Source of the DNA: Vicugna vicugna
Lineage: Eukaryota
Direction of reading: 5' to 3'
Length of the DNA: 64,000 bases
NCBI GenBank assembly: GCA_013265495.1
Contig: MU058540.1
Location: 1,017,696 to 1,081,695 of the forward strand
Below the pieces are notes generated by a model. The model was not told where the DNA came from, ran no database searches, and saw only the letters and a list, made by a program, of their open reading frames with translations. Each line of letters opens with the position of its first letter. Position 1 is the stretch's first letter. Below, one piece after another: positions 37,513 through 49,489 of the stretch. The position numbers and the translations under genes were made by a program.

Positions 37513-38770
37513 CCGCGCCGCTGTGCCGCCTGCTCCCTCACCGAGGAGCAGTTTCCTTCTGGGACTGGACAGCTCCGCTCCGCTCCCACTGCCCCCACCC
37601 TTCCCCAGGCCCACGCATCACCGCCACCCACCTGCACCCTCACCACCACACTACACCGCACACCAGCCGCTGCAGGGCCCCTAGGGCCCGAGTGGGAAGC
37701 AGTTTTCCTTTGATTTCAATTCCCAGCGACCCCTCTCATCCACACGCCACACCTGCCCCCTGGACAAAGCTGACTTCTCACGTCACTGCTCCCTGCGCTG
37801 CTGATCCCCACTCCCTCAGCGGTGGGGACATTGCTGGCTGGGCTCTTGGTCTAGGGGTCCCTTCTGGTCCCTGACTCTTCCCTCTGGCTTCCCATTAAGG
37901 GGCCTGGGAGGGCTCCCCTGGCCTTAAAAGGAGCCCAAGCCCCATCCCCTTTTGACATGGCCCACTCCCACTGTACTAACAGCAGCAGGTGTGGCTCACA
38001 CCCATTTTTCTTCCCCACCTTGCCTAGTCCCTGCACTAGGTTGGGCAGCCCCCTTGGGGGCACAGGAAGGAAGGCAGGAGGGGTCTAAGCCCCCTACTCG
38101 CCCTAAGCAGGTTCTAGTCCACCTTGCCCTCACCCTGGAGTCTACTGCAGTGATGGAGATGCAGAACCACCTTTATCCAGGGGAGGCCCAGGGGCCTGGG
38201 TTTCCTGTAACAGCCACTCGAGGTGGGCTGGAGCCACTCCTCATCCCCATCTGCTTCCACTCTTGGCCTCAGTTTCCCCTTCCCTTACATGGGGCACTAA
38301 TAACAAGGAGCTAGCCTTGCCCACTCCCACCCTTCTGCTCCTCCCCACCCCCCAAGGTTCTGGTTTCATCTTTCCTCTGGTCACAAACTACCTCTGGACA
38401 GTTGTGTTGTTTTTTGTTCAATGTTTCATTCTTAGACATCCGTCATTGCTGCTGCTACCAGCGCCAAATGTTCATCCTCATTGCCTCCTGTTCTGCCCAC
38501 ATTCCCCTCCTCCAAGATGCTCTTAGAGGAAGGGGCCTGGGGCAAAGCAGGCTGGGTTACCGACTACCCCAGTCCCAGGGAAGGTGGGGCCCTGCCCCTA
38601 GGATGCTGCAGCAGAGTAAGGAGGGGGGCCTGTTTTGACCGGCAGGTGTAGGGGCCACCTTCTCCCCCTGTTCTGTCAGGGAGGAGGTAGCCATTATTTG
38701 TCCCAGCCTGGGGCCCCCTTCTGGTTTCCTATTTGCAGTTACTTGAATAAAAAAAATATCCTTTTCTGGA
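37513..38770 (+). other. HMGA1: HMGA1 3'UTR (~1.25 kb)
   Basis: Runs from the stop codon to AATAAA at 38746-38751. Seed matches for let-7/miR-196 (38387-38394), miR-15/16 (38450-38457) and miR-26 (38740-38747). Confidence 0.88.
38746..38751 (+). terminator. HMGA1 poly(A) signal
   Basis: AATAAA followed by a T/GT-rich downstream element (gtctttttctgtggtgggtg). Confidence 0.88.
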
Positions 38771-38962
38771 CTGAGTCTTTTTCTGTGGTGGGTGCCTGGA
38801 ATAGGGAAGGGTGGAAACCTAGTGGGTGGGGGTGGCTCTGGAGGTGCTCTGCCCAGCAATTCAGGCTGGGAGAAGATGGAGAAAAAGCACTAGCGTCAGC
38901 TTCTGGGAAGGTAACTTAAGCTCCTCTTGAAGAAATCAGCCATACCCCTAGCCACAAAACAT

Positions 38963-38968
38963 TTTATT
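38963..38968 (-). terminator. SMIM29 poly(A) signal
   Basis: TTTATT on + (AATAAA on -), about 410 nt after the stop, within TGTAAATAAAATG. Confidence 0.85.
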
Positions 38969-39377
38969 TACAAAATATATATACTGAATACTATACATCA
39001 GGCCCTGTAACCCTGGAAACAGCTCCAAAGCCAGGTCAGGGGGCGTTAGAGACAGTGCCCAAGGAAAGGGCAAAGCTTCCCTTCCAGCCACCCTTCCACC
39101 GCAGAAGGAAAAGTTCCTATCAGCGCCCGGGAGTGGCTGGCAGGCTCAGCCCACAAAGGACCAATGGCCTGGCGGGGAGTTAAGTGATAGCAGGGGCTGC
39201 TGACTGCTATATGCAGGGCTTAGGAAATGGGTGCTGCTGGGGATGGAGGAGGAGAGACCCAGTAACTAAGAGGGGGAGCTGAGAGGATGCAATTGGGGTG
39301 GGGGTGGGGGAAGAGAAGCAACAGGCTATAGGGCTCTGGACCCCATGGTCCTGAAGATCAGGGTTAAGGGGATCAGG

Positions 39378-39491
<114 letters not shown>

Positions 39492-39567
39492 TCAACCTTG
39501 GAGGAGGCACCTCACTAGCCTTGGCCCACATGCGGAGGGCTGAGAGCAGAAACAGGCTCAGGCTTCA

Positions 39568-39786
<219 letters not shown>

Positions 39787-40016
39787 CTATCTCTACTCCC
39801 CCTGTTCAGGGGCACTTCCAGTCTGCCTTTTAGGGTACACTGCAGCTCTAAGAATATGAGTCTGGGCAGGAATACATAACAATGGAGTGTAGGGAATTTC
39901 AGGCTTGTATCAGAATGGCCAAGGGGCATCTTACTTGTATGCAGGGAACTCAGATCTTACGGGAAGAAATTTAAGCAGAGTGAGGGAGAGGTAGCACTGG
40001 GGTCGGGGACACTCAC

Positions 40017-40042
40017 CGCTTTTTCTTCTGGACATACATTAC
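40017..40042 (-). CDS. SMIM29: SMIM29 26-nt microexon
   Basis: cag|GTA ATG TAT GTC CAG AAG AAA AAG CG|gtgagt = VMYVQKKK(R); keeps frame with both neighbouring exons. Confidence 0.93.
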
Positions 40043-40133
40043 CTGTAACAGAGACACAGGACTGTGGAGACACGCTGAGCCCAGGATGGCCCACAAGTGA
40101 GAGGGACCCACATCCACACCCTCCTCTCCCCTA

Positions 40134-40355
<222 letters not shown>

Positions 40356-41249
40356 TCAGCATGGGCAGTACTGCCTCGGGAGGGCGCCTCCACTGGGCTC
40401 CCTGGGGAGGAGGAAGGAGGTTGTCAATTTCACCCAGGGTGACATCCAGGCTATGAATCCCTCCCTAAGAGCTGGTAATGTATGAAAACTTAGGTCAGGC
40501 ACTGGGATGAGGGATCTTCCAGGTCAAGGTGCTGAGTTTAACCCTCCAGCAACTCTCAGCAAATCCTGGGTGTAAAGGGCACCAAAAAGAGGCCCATACC
40601 CAGGGCCTGAGTCCTGTCTAGCTTCTATCCCCAAATCAGGGTGAAGTTCAGCTCAGGTGCTGGCGAAATATTTGCAAATATCAATTTCTGGGGAAAGGTT
40701 AGACGTAGGTTCCCAGCTCCTGCCCCAACCTCCTGGGGCACTGGGCTGCCTGCAGCTATCCAGTGGAGCAAAATGGGGGAGATTAGGTTAAAATATGAGG
40801 GTCCTGCACTGCAGCCCAGGGGTGAGGTAGGAGTATCTGAAGGGGCCCATCTAGTCCAGATCCAATTCAGGCTATAGGCCCTACGCCCTCTTTGTCTCTG
40901 GTGTCACTCCAGACATAAAACTTGGGCACCATCTCCCTCATTGGTCTCACGTGCCAGGATGGACACAAGTGGGCAGGGCTGGATTTCATCTGTGAGGTGA
41001 TGTCACCTCCCTCTTGTCCCCACTTGGGGCTCCGCCCAGGTCCCTCCCCTCCTGGTCTGGGATGACAGGCAGAGGTGGAGATGGTCAGCTCTCATGACAG
41101 ATCCAAGGAGACTGTCCACGGGTGGCTGCACATAGATGCCCCGAGGTCCTTGACCTCGGTTCGCCTGGGTTTCCATCAGAGGGCAAGGTATGAGCTACCT
41201 GTACCGGTGCCCGTAGGGGCTCCAGGCTTGCTCTGTAGCATGCACACCG

Positions 41250-42000
41250 TCCCATGGTCAAGGGGACATGCCGAGGTAGGGAGGGTAATAGGCGTTCCTA
41301 GGATGCAAATCAGCAATGGCGAGCGAGAGGTAGTTCCCACGACGCTGGGAGGTTCAGGCCAGGAGAGGGGGTTTTGGGGGGAGCGCAGAGGGGCCCGGGC
41401 ATCCTGGAATCCCGACACCCCGAGGCGTGGACCTGGGCCAGCGCTCTGCAGCCCATCCAACCCGGCCATGCCTTACCTCCCACCGCTGCAGCCCCGAACA
41501 GGAACGCCCTCGGTTGGCTCCCGGGCCCCGGAAGAGCCGGCAGGCGCGTGATCAAAGGACCCGGGGAAATAGGCGGGGCCACAGTATCAGGGTGCAACCA
41601 ATCTGATGGCGGAAGGCGGATGGCCTAGAGACTTCTGGAGCAGCCAATCCAGAGGCTGGGGCGGGCGGAGAGAAGACGGAGATGACCTAGGCGGCAGGGT
41701 CCACGCTGCGACGGCAGGGGGCAGCCGAGGGCTGCGCAGCGAGGGGAGGAGAGCGCTCCGGGAGGGGAGGGGAGGGGCGCGGGCGGCTTCCTGGCGTTCC
41801 CCGGGCGGACCCCAGCTGAACGCCCGCGCTTGGGTGCTCACATTCCAGGGAGAGGCCTGGCGTCTGCCTCGCTTGCCTGTCTAGTTGGAGACCGCTCACG
41901 TCCTAACGTTTAGCCCAGGACGCACAAAGGTTCCATTAGTGTTTGCTGAGGCCTCCAGACCTCCTAGCAACGCATAGTGGCCCTCGGTGCTGGGCTCAGC
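41250..42000 (-). promoter_or_regulatory. SMIM29 CpG-island promoter and non-coding exon 1 (exon ends at 41477)
   Basis: CpG-rich. Donor GAG|gtaagg at 41477/41476, ETS CCGGAAG 41528-41534, CCAAT at 41598-41602 and 41644-41648, YY1-like GATGGCGG 41605-41612, GC boxes. Confidence 0.8.
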
Positions 42001-43459
42001 GGGTAGAGTAGGCAGGCCTGGGGTAGCGCCTGTCCAGCCCTTGGACTTCAGGTCCACTCATCCAGCCACCCTCTCTGCGCCTCAATTTTAACGTCGGTAA
42101 AACAGGCTGCTATAAAGATTAAACACTGACATGGGTAGGGCCTAGCACATAGCATACCCTGAACGTTAAATTTCCTGTTAACCTCTTTCCGGTTTTCGGG
42201 GGCACAGACAGAGCAGTGGGTTAAGTCCCTCTGGGTCATAAGTAGGTAAGCTTAGGTCCAAGCTTTCATGGTCTGATAATTAAGATGTCACACACTTAGT
42301 GGAGAAATTTGAATAAGATTGCTGGATTTACCAGTATCAATATCCTAGTTGTGAATATTTTACTATAGTTTTACAAACGTTAGCATTGGGAGAAGCTAGG
42401 CAAAATGTACCAGAGATCTCTAGTTATTTATTACAACTGCAGGTGAATCTATAGTTACCTCAAATTGTTTGTGTGTAGTTTTGTATTACACCCTCTTACC
42501 CCTCACCAAAATCACATGTAATTGGGAAAACAGTAGATTGGCAGGTAATGGAAAACACCCAAGAAAAAAATGATTGTGGCAGGTGAATCAAGTTGAGGCC
42601 CACCTGGGTCCTCAAGTGCTACTGGAGATACAGGGGTGGTGTGGGTCGCCCTATTCTTCCCAGAGGCAACCAATGGCACAGACATGGTTGAGACTTGGTC
42701 TGGTCAGGCCTCAGTTACCTCAAGTCTTTACAGAGGTGGTTAGATGAGAGCAGGTCTGGTGCAGAGATGAGCCAGTTAGGAACCAGAGAGCAAGTGGAAA
42801 CTCTGGCCCCTTGTCTTCAGACACCATCATCTGACTGTAGTGGGGAAATCAGAAAAAGGGAAAGGAATGAGAGAAAAGCTTGGGTCTGGAGGCTCCACGT
42901 AGACTTCCTGGTGTTCCCAGGCTTTTGAGTCTGGAGAGTAGGAACCACCTCTCCCAGGCTTCTACTAGAGCTAAGGGCAGAGGGAGGAGGCACCTCCTCA
43001 GGCAGGGCCTCCCTCACCTTGCAAGGAAGTAGGGATCAGGTAATTGGTTTTAAAGCCCAGGCCCTTCAGCTGCCCACCACACCAAAACTTTGCATCCTCA
43101 GGACTTCCAACCACATATCTTGAGGGTCTAGTGGTCCTATGAGCAGGCCTAGTGGTTGCATTGGCAGGGCCAGTGTGTGGAAAGGCACAGGGTCTCAGTG
43201 TCAGAGACTCAGCATGTTTTGATTTCCTCTACTCCTCAGACAGAATACCCTTCCAAGACAGGCAGGGCATATGGGATGACCTCAGTTTACAAATGAGTAA
43301 GCTGAAGCCCTGAGTGTGATGACTTCCCAAGGCCCTTGGTGTGATTAGCATGGGTAGGGAAGAATGGGATGATGGGTGGGCCCCTCTTCTGGTGTGCTAG
43401 CTGCTGCTCTGGGGCTGCATTTGAGGCCTGTTTTGTTCCTTGATAAAATCAACTGTGGT

Positions 43460-45590
43460 AAATTAAATCTACGTACTATAAACCCTAAAGCAACTAATAA
43501 TATAACACTGTTATAGCTTATAAGCCAATAAAAGAGATAAAATGGGATAAAAAAATTCTCAAGTAATTCAAAAGAAGGCAGAAAAAGAGAAAAAAAGAAA
43601 CAAAGAACAGATGAGACAACTAGAAAACAAACAGGATGATAAACGGAAACCTAACTATATCAATAATCACATTAAATGTAAATAGTCTGAACAACCCAAT
43701 TGAAAGGCGGAGATTGTCAGAATGGATAAAAAAGTAAGACCCAATTATATGCTGCCAAGAAATGTACTTTGAATATAGACTCTAATAGGGTAAAAGCAAA
43801 AAGAATGGGAAAGATACACCATGTTTCAAAACAAGGCTGTGAGCACTATAGTATCAGACACTTGATTTCAGAACAGAGATTATTACCAGGGATTAAAAAA
43901 AGATCAGTTCATAATGACAGAGGCTAATTAATTGAGGACATAACAATCCTAAATGTTCATATGTCCTAAATGTTCATATTCAAATATTAATTCAAAGAGG
44001 GCTTCAAAATATATTAAATAAAAACTGATAGAACTGAAAGAAAAAAACAGTTTTAGTCAGAGATTTCAATACTGCTCTCTCAATAGTTGATAAAACAAGC
44101 AGACAAATAATCAGCTAGGAAATAGTAGTCTAGAACAACACTATCAACCAACTTGACTTTTATAGAATACTGTAGATTGACATTCATAGGATATTCCACC
44201 TAACAGTAGTAAAATACATATTCTTAAGTGTACATAGAACATTTATCAAGATAGATCATATTCTGGGCCATAAAACAAGCCTCAATAAATTAAAAAGGAT
44301 TCAAGTCAAATGAAGTATGTTTTCTGATCACAGTGGAATTATATTAGAAAGCAGAAAGAAAAAAGGTCCTTGGAAAATCGCCAAATATTTAGAAAATGAA
44401 TAACACACCTCTGGATCAAAGAATAATCAGGAATTAGTTTGAATTGAATGAAAATAAGTATGTAACATATTGGGATTTGTGGAATATTCTATTAGAGAAA
44501 TTTATAGCACTAAATATCTATTTGCAAAAAAGAAAGATATGTCAATGACCTCAGCTTCCACCTGAAACCAAAGTATACAGAAGAAAATAACAAAAATCAA
44601 TGCAGAAATCCATGAAATAGAAAGCAGAAAAATCAGTGAAACCAAAAGCTGCTTCTTGAGAACATCAACAAAACTTATAAACCTCTACCCAGAGTGATCA
44701 GAGGAAAAAGAGAAAATACAAATCACCAATATTAGGAATGAGAGAAGTAACATGCCAACAGAGTCTACAGATAATAAAAGAATAATAAGGGAGTATTAGG
44801 AACAGTAAATTCAACAACTTAGTTGAAATGGAGAATACATGGAAAGACACAAATTACCAAAGTAGGCTTAAGAAGAAATAGATAAAGGTATACCAATCTA
44901 GGTTGAATTGATGGTTGATACCATCTTCGCTTTAATAATATACATTAGTGCCTCCTATCCAATTCCATGCCCCCTCTACACAGTTATTGTTACAAATTCA
45001 TCTTTATATATTGTGTACATGTTAACAGATTTATAATTACTGTTTTATGCATGTCTTTTTAATCATGTAAGAAACAAAAAAGAGGAGTTACATATCCCAA
45101 ATACAATACTGTCTTTTATATTTAGCAGTGATCTTTTTCTTTATATGGCTTTGAGTTATCATCTAGTGTCTTTTGTTTCAGTCTGAAGGACTCCCTTTAG
45201 CATTTCTTGTAGGACAGTTCTAATAGTAGCAAATTCTGATAGTCTTTGTTTATCTGAGAATGTCTGAACTTCTTAATTTTGAAGGACAGTTTTTCTGGAT
45301 ATAGAATTATTGGTTGACAGGTGTTTTGTTTTCTTTTCTTTTCTGTCAGTTCTTTAAATATATCACCTACTGGTTCCAGGCCTCCATGGTTTATGATGAT
45401 AAATCAGCTGTTAATCTTAGATGTTAACTGTAATCTTCAAGGTAACCACTGTGAAAACAAGTAGGAAATATATGGAAAAGGAAATGAAGATAAAAATAAA
45501 AATTGTACACTAGGGAAAAAAATCAAACACAAAAGAAGGCAGTGTTGGAAGGACTGAGGAACAAAAAGATAGGACATACAGAAAAGAACA
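43460..45590. mobile_element. Decayed L1 cluster: ORF2 endonuclease region (+, ~43460-44885), inverted ORF1-end piece (~44890-45418), inter-ORF piece (+, ~45419-45590)
   Basis: atcacattaaatgtaaatagtctgaacaacccaattgaaaggcggagattgtcagaatggat; gatcatattctgggccataaaacaagcctc; antisense ccctttagcatttcttgtagg. Confidence 0.7.
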
Positions 45591-48500
45591 CTCAACTGAG
45601 CCAGAAGAGCTGGCTACTTCCAGCATGGCCAGAGATCTGTATTCTTTGCTCAGAGTTCTAAACTAGAATACTGGTGAAAAGTCTCTTCTCACTATGCCTA
45701 CTTCTCAATCTGTAAAATGAGAGGATTGGACTAGATGATCTCTAAAATCCTTCCAGCCCTACCATGCAATGATTCACCACTGTCGTCTTATTTTTATCCT
45801 CTTCACAGCTACCCAAGTGTCACAACTGCCCATATACCCGCAATTAATGTTCACTGAGTTCCTGATGGAATCTTTCACACGGACCTGACAGTGTCTTGGT
45901 ACATCTTCAGTGCCCAACCTGTTAACTGAGCGATGGTGATATCACAAGGACATCTCTCCTTCTGCCTCCCCAGCAACCATTCAGATCAGGTGTTTGGGGA
46001 CCAGATGCAAATTCAGCCTTCATCCACCACCTCCCTGCCCTCAGTTTCTGCTTGCTCTGGTCCAGCTTACACTCTAAAGGGACCAGGGAAGAATATTACT
46101 GAGTGGATAAGAGGGGAGGTTCTGGAGTCAGACCACTTAGGTTTGACTACAGTTCTTCCATTTGTTACCTATCTGACCTTGAATATATTGCTTAACTTCT
46201 ATATTTTCTTTTAAAAGTTTTATGACTTATCTTACACATGGAGAATTTATTTCCATTGTAGGATGTGAGGTAGGAATCTAGTTTTATTTATTTATTTTTT
46301 CATTTAGCTAGCCAATTGTTCCAACACCACACATTGAAGAACCAAACCTTTCCCCACCCAGGTGCGTACTTTCTCTGGCTCTTACCACATTCCCACATAA
46401 GCATAAGTCTGTTTCTTTGGTCCCCTGTTCTATTCAGTTTCCTAATTCATTTCTCTCTAGCTATTCTCTTTTATCACATTGTTTCAGTTATTGTATCTTC
46501 ATATTAAGTCTTGATACCCATGGAATACAAGCCTTCCCTTGTAGTCCCGTGTTTTTCCTTGTAGTTTTTCAAAACTGTCTTAGACAACCTTGGCATTGTA
46601 CCCTATGATTTTTAGAATTAATTTGTCCAATTCTTTTAAAAAGGCGTTTGCTTCCCTAGGCCTCCATTTCCTTTACCATACAAAGGTGATGACCAAAGTT
46701 CCTATATGTCACAAGGATGGCAAAGACTAAATGTAAAGCAGAGAACACTCCACCTGCCATTAAGGCCTGGAACACAACCAAGGAGCACTCAGTATGTAGT
46801 AGTATCATCTTCCCCAAATGCCCAACCTGATGCAGTCACTGCTGTTTTAAAACCTTTGTTGGCTTCTCAGTCATGCAGAGTACAGTTCAAATAGCCACCT
46901 GACCCCAGCTGACCCTTCCTGTGGCTCCTCCTGCATCTCTCTCCTCCCACCCCACTATCATTATCATGTTCCAGCCCCAGCAAACTCGCTGTTACCCAAG
47001 CACAGTACCCTTGCACATGCTGTCCCTTGGCTGAGAATTCCTTCACCCTCACAAATCCTTTCAGATGGTAGTTCCTCTGTGAAAGAGTCAGTCACTCTCT
47101 CCACCTTTTTATTATTTTTTTAACTGCATTTGTCACTTTGTATTGTGATTACTTGTGTCTGTTTTGAGTTGACTTTAGTGAACTCAGCATAGCTCTTGAC
47201 ATTTCCCAAACAGGTGTTCACTCCCAGCCGCCATGTAATGATCACACACCAACTCTGGCATCACATACACTCCTTCACTTATTTAACACTCATAACCCCA
47301 CAGAGTAGACTTCTCTCCCACTGAATAGGAAGGAACATAGATGGTAACCTGTTCAAGATGACACAACTTGTCAAAAGCTGAGCTGAGATCTGGACTCTGG
47401 AATAATTCCAATGCTCACACCTTCTGTTAGAGCAGGCAGTCTGTCCTTCCTCCCTCCCTTTTCTGAATCCCTTACTCATCCCACTCTTCCATGGTCCTCC
47501 TGTCCAGGCTCTATCCATCAGCCCCTCCCACCCCACCTCCAGTGGCTTACCTCCCCAGGCTGTCATCTCTTCCACTGCATGCCATCTGTCATCCAAGCAG
47601 GTGTCTCTGTGAGGACTGCACGTCCTGAGTTTAGCACATTGCTGGAATTCAGGACATAGAACATGGAGCCTCATGGCTGCATCCGCATATGCTGAGATGT
47701 TAGCTGTGTGTCACAAGACCAAGAAGATAAAACAGAACTTTCACACCTCAAATGTGTCTGAAACCAGAAAGCAAACAAATTCATGATTTATAACAACAGT
47801 GCTTTCTTGGGCATGATTACCAGGTCTGCAGAGAGGATGGGAGACAGCATGACTGGGGTTTGAGCAGGAATTCTGCCAACTCAGTCTGGCTTGGATTGTC
47901 AAGGCTGCCACCTCAGAGTAACATAATAAATTTGGGCTAATTTCCTGTTACTCATGCTCAGTTTTGGGGCCTCTTGAGATTTCCCTCCCGCTCTCTTGCC
48001 ACAAGTCCTGCAGACTATTGGGAGACTGGGCTTCAGCAAGATAATCCAAAGCTTGCATTTACCCTCTGAGAATGAAGAACAACCAACTTGTAGTTGAGTG
48101 TGATGCTCATGGGCCACCTACAGAACAGCCCACCATGATCTGACATGGGCAAATGGGGAGTTTCTGGAACCCCAGAGCCCATTTAGAGATGGCCATTGGT
48201 GGTTTCCTGAGTATATTACTCACAACAGCATTTATAATCTTATTGCTCATAACACATTAAATCTGGCAAAAGAAAGAATCCTTTAATAGAGGAAGGAAGG
48301 GTGATCATCATAGGATAAAGGAGGCCTGCAGAATCAGTTTGAGGAGGAAAGGGTGCCCTCACCAGCTGATAGGAAATTTGTCCTGTGGCAGAATGAAATC
48401 ATCAGGCAACCAACTTTGTGCTTATTTTTGGCTACCCACACAGACAGCTGGTGCACTAACCAGGTAACTTTATCAACGTATAGACAAGCCAACTGTCATC

Positions 48501-49489
48501 CAGAAACAGACACTTCAGTCTTGTATGAGTTAGGTTCATATGAGTCTTCTCCTGGTACTGACTCTTGCGTACATGGACCACATCAGGTTTCTTGGCTTTC
48601 AAAACTTGGCTACTGGTGATGCTACCAGAGTCCGAGAGAGGCCAGCTGCTCTCAGTGGAGAACATGTTTTTCTGATTGTGATACACCACCTTTTATTCTT
48701 CTTTATCCGTCTCTTCATCCCAGGTCCACTCCCTGAGTCTGTATGGCCTATATCACAAGCTTCCAGATAGCTCCTTTCCAACTTCTCCTGCTGCCTCCTC
48801 TCCAAACATGGCTGATTTTACATGACTGCCTTGTTCAAGCACACTTCACGTGTATGCAGCCAAACTCCTTGGCCTGGCTTTTGGGGTTTTCCAGAATTTG
48901 GCCTCATCATGATTTATTTTTTATCATATTCATTTCAAAATGCTTGTCACCTGCCTTCGGCCTGGGGGACACAGCTCACAATGTTGCTTTCCCACTGACG
49001 ATGCTCTGTTCTCTGCTTGCAAATCCCACCAGTGCACATCTTCAAAATGGTGCTCCAGCCCTTCCCGACTCCACCACACCCAACTCCTGCTTCCACACAG
49101 GAAAGCTACCTCCTATTGTGTTCTCTTGTTGTCCTAAGTGCGGCTCACATCTGTCCCCTCATGCCCCTGGGGGCTCCGAGTGAAACCTCTCTGGCTGAGG
49201 GACAGGCCTCCTCCTCAGCACTGTGCACTGGTGTCTGCCAGGGGCTCCCTGGCATCTGGCAGCAGTGCTGGCCAGAAGAAACAACGCTGACTCTCATTGC
49301 CTTCCTGGGCCTCTCCACTTCTTTCCTCTTTTGAATTCCCTGAACAGCCAAATCTTCCACGGGGCTATCTTTGACCTCTGGGGCAACTCCTAAAAATCGA
49401 GCAGAAAGTGGGGGTTAAAAAAAAAAAAAAAACTGATGCAAAAGACTTGAGGAAAACTTCTAGAAAGAAGAGACCAGACATTAAGCAGG

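Noticed and set aside
43947..43979. Short tandem duplications (16 bp here; also 33913-33944, 62046-62100 and ~1259-1297)
   Set aside because: Ordinary slippage-type events in repeats or introns with no evident function.
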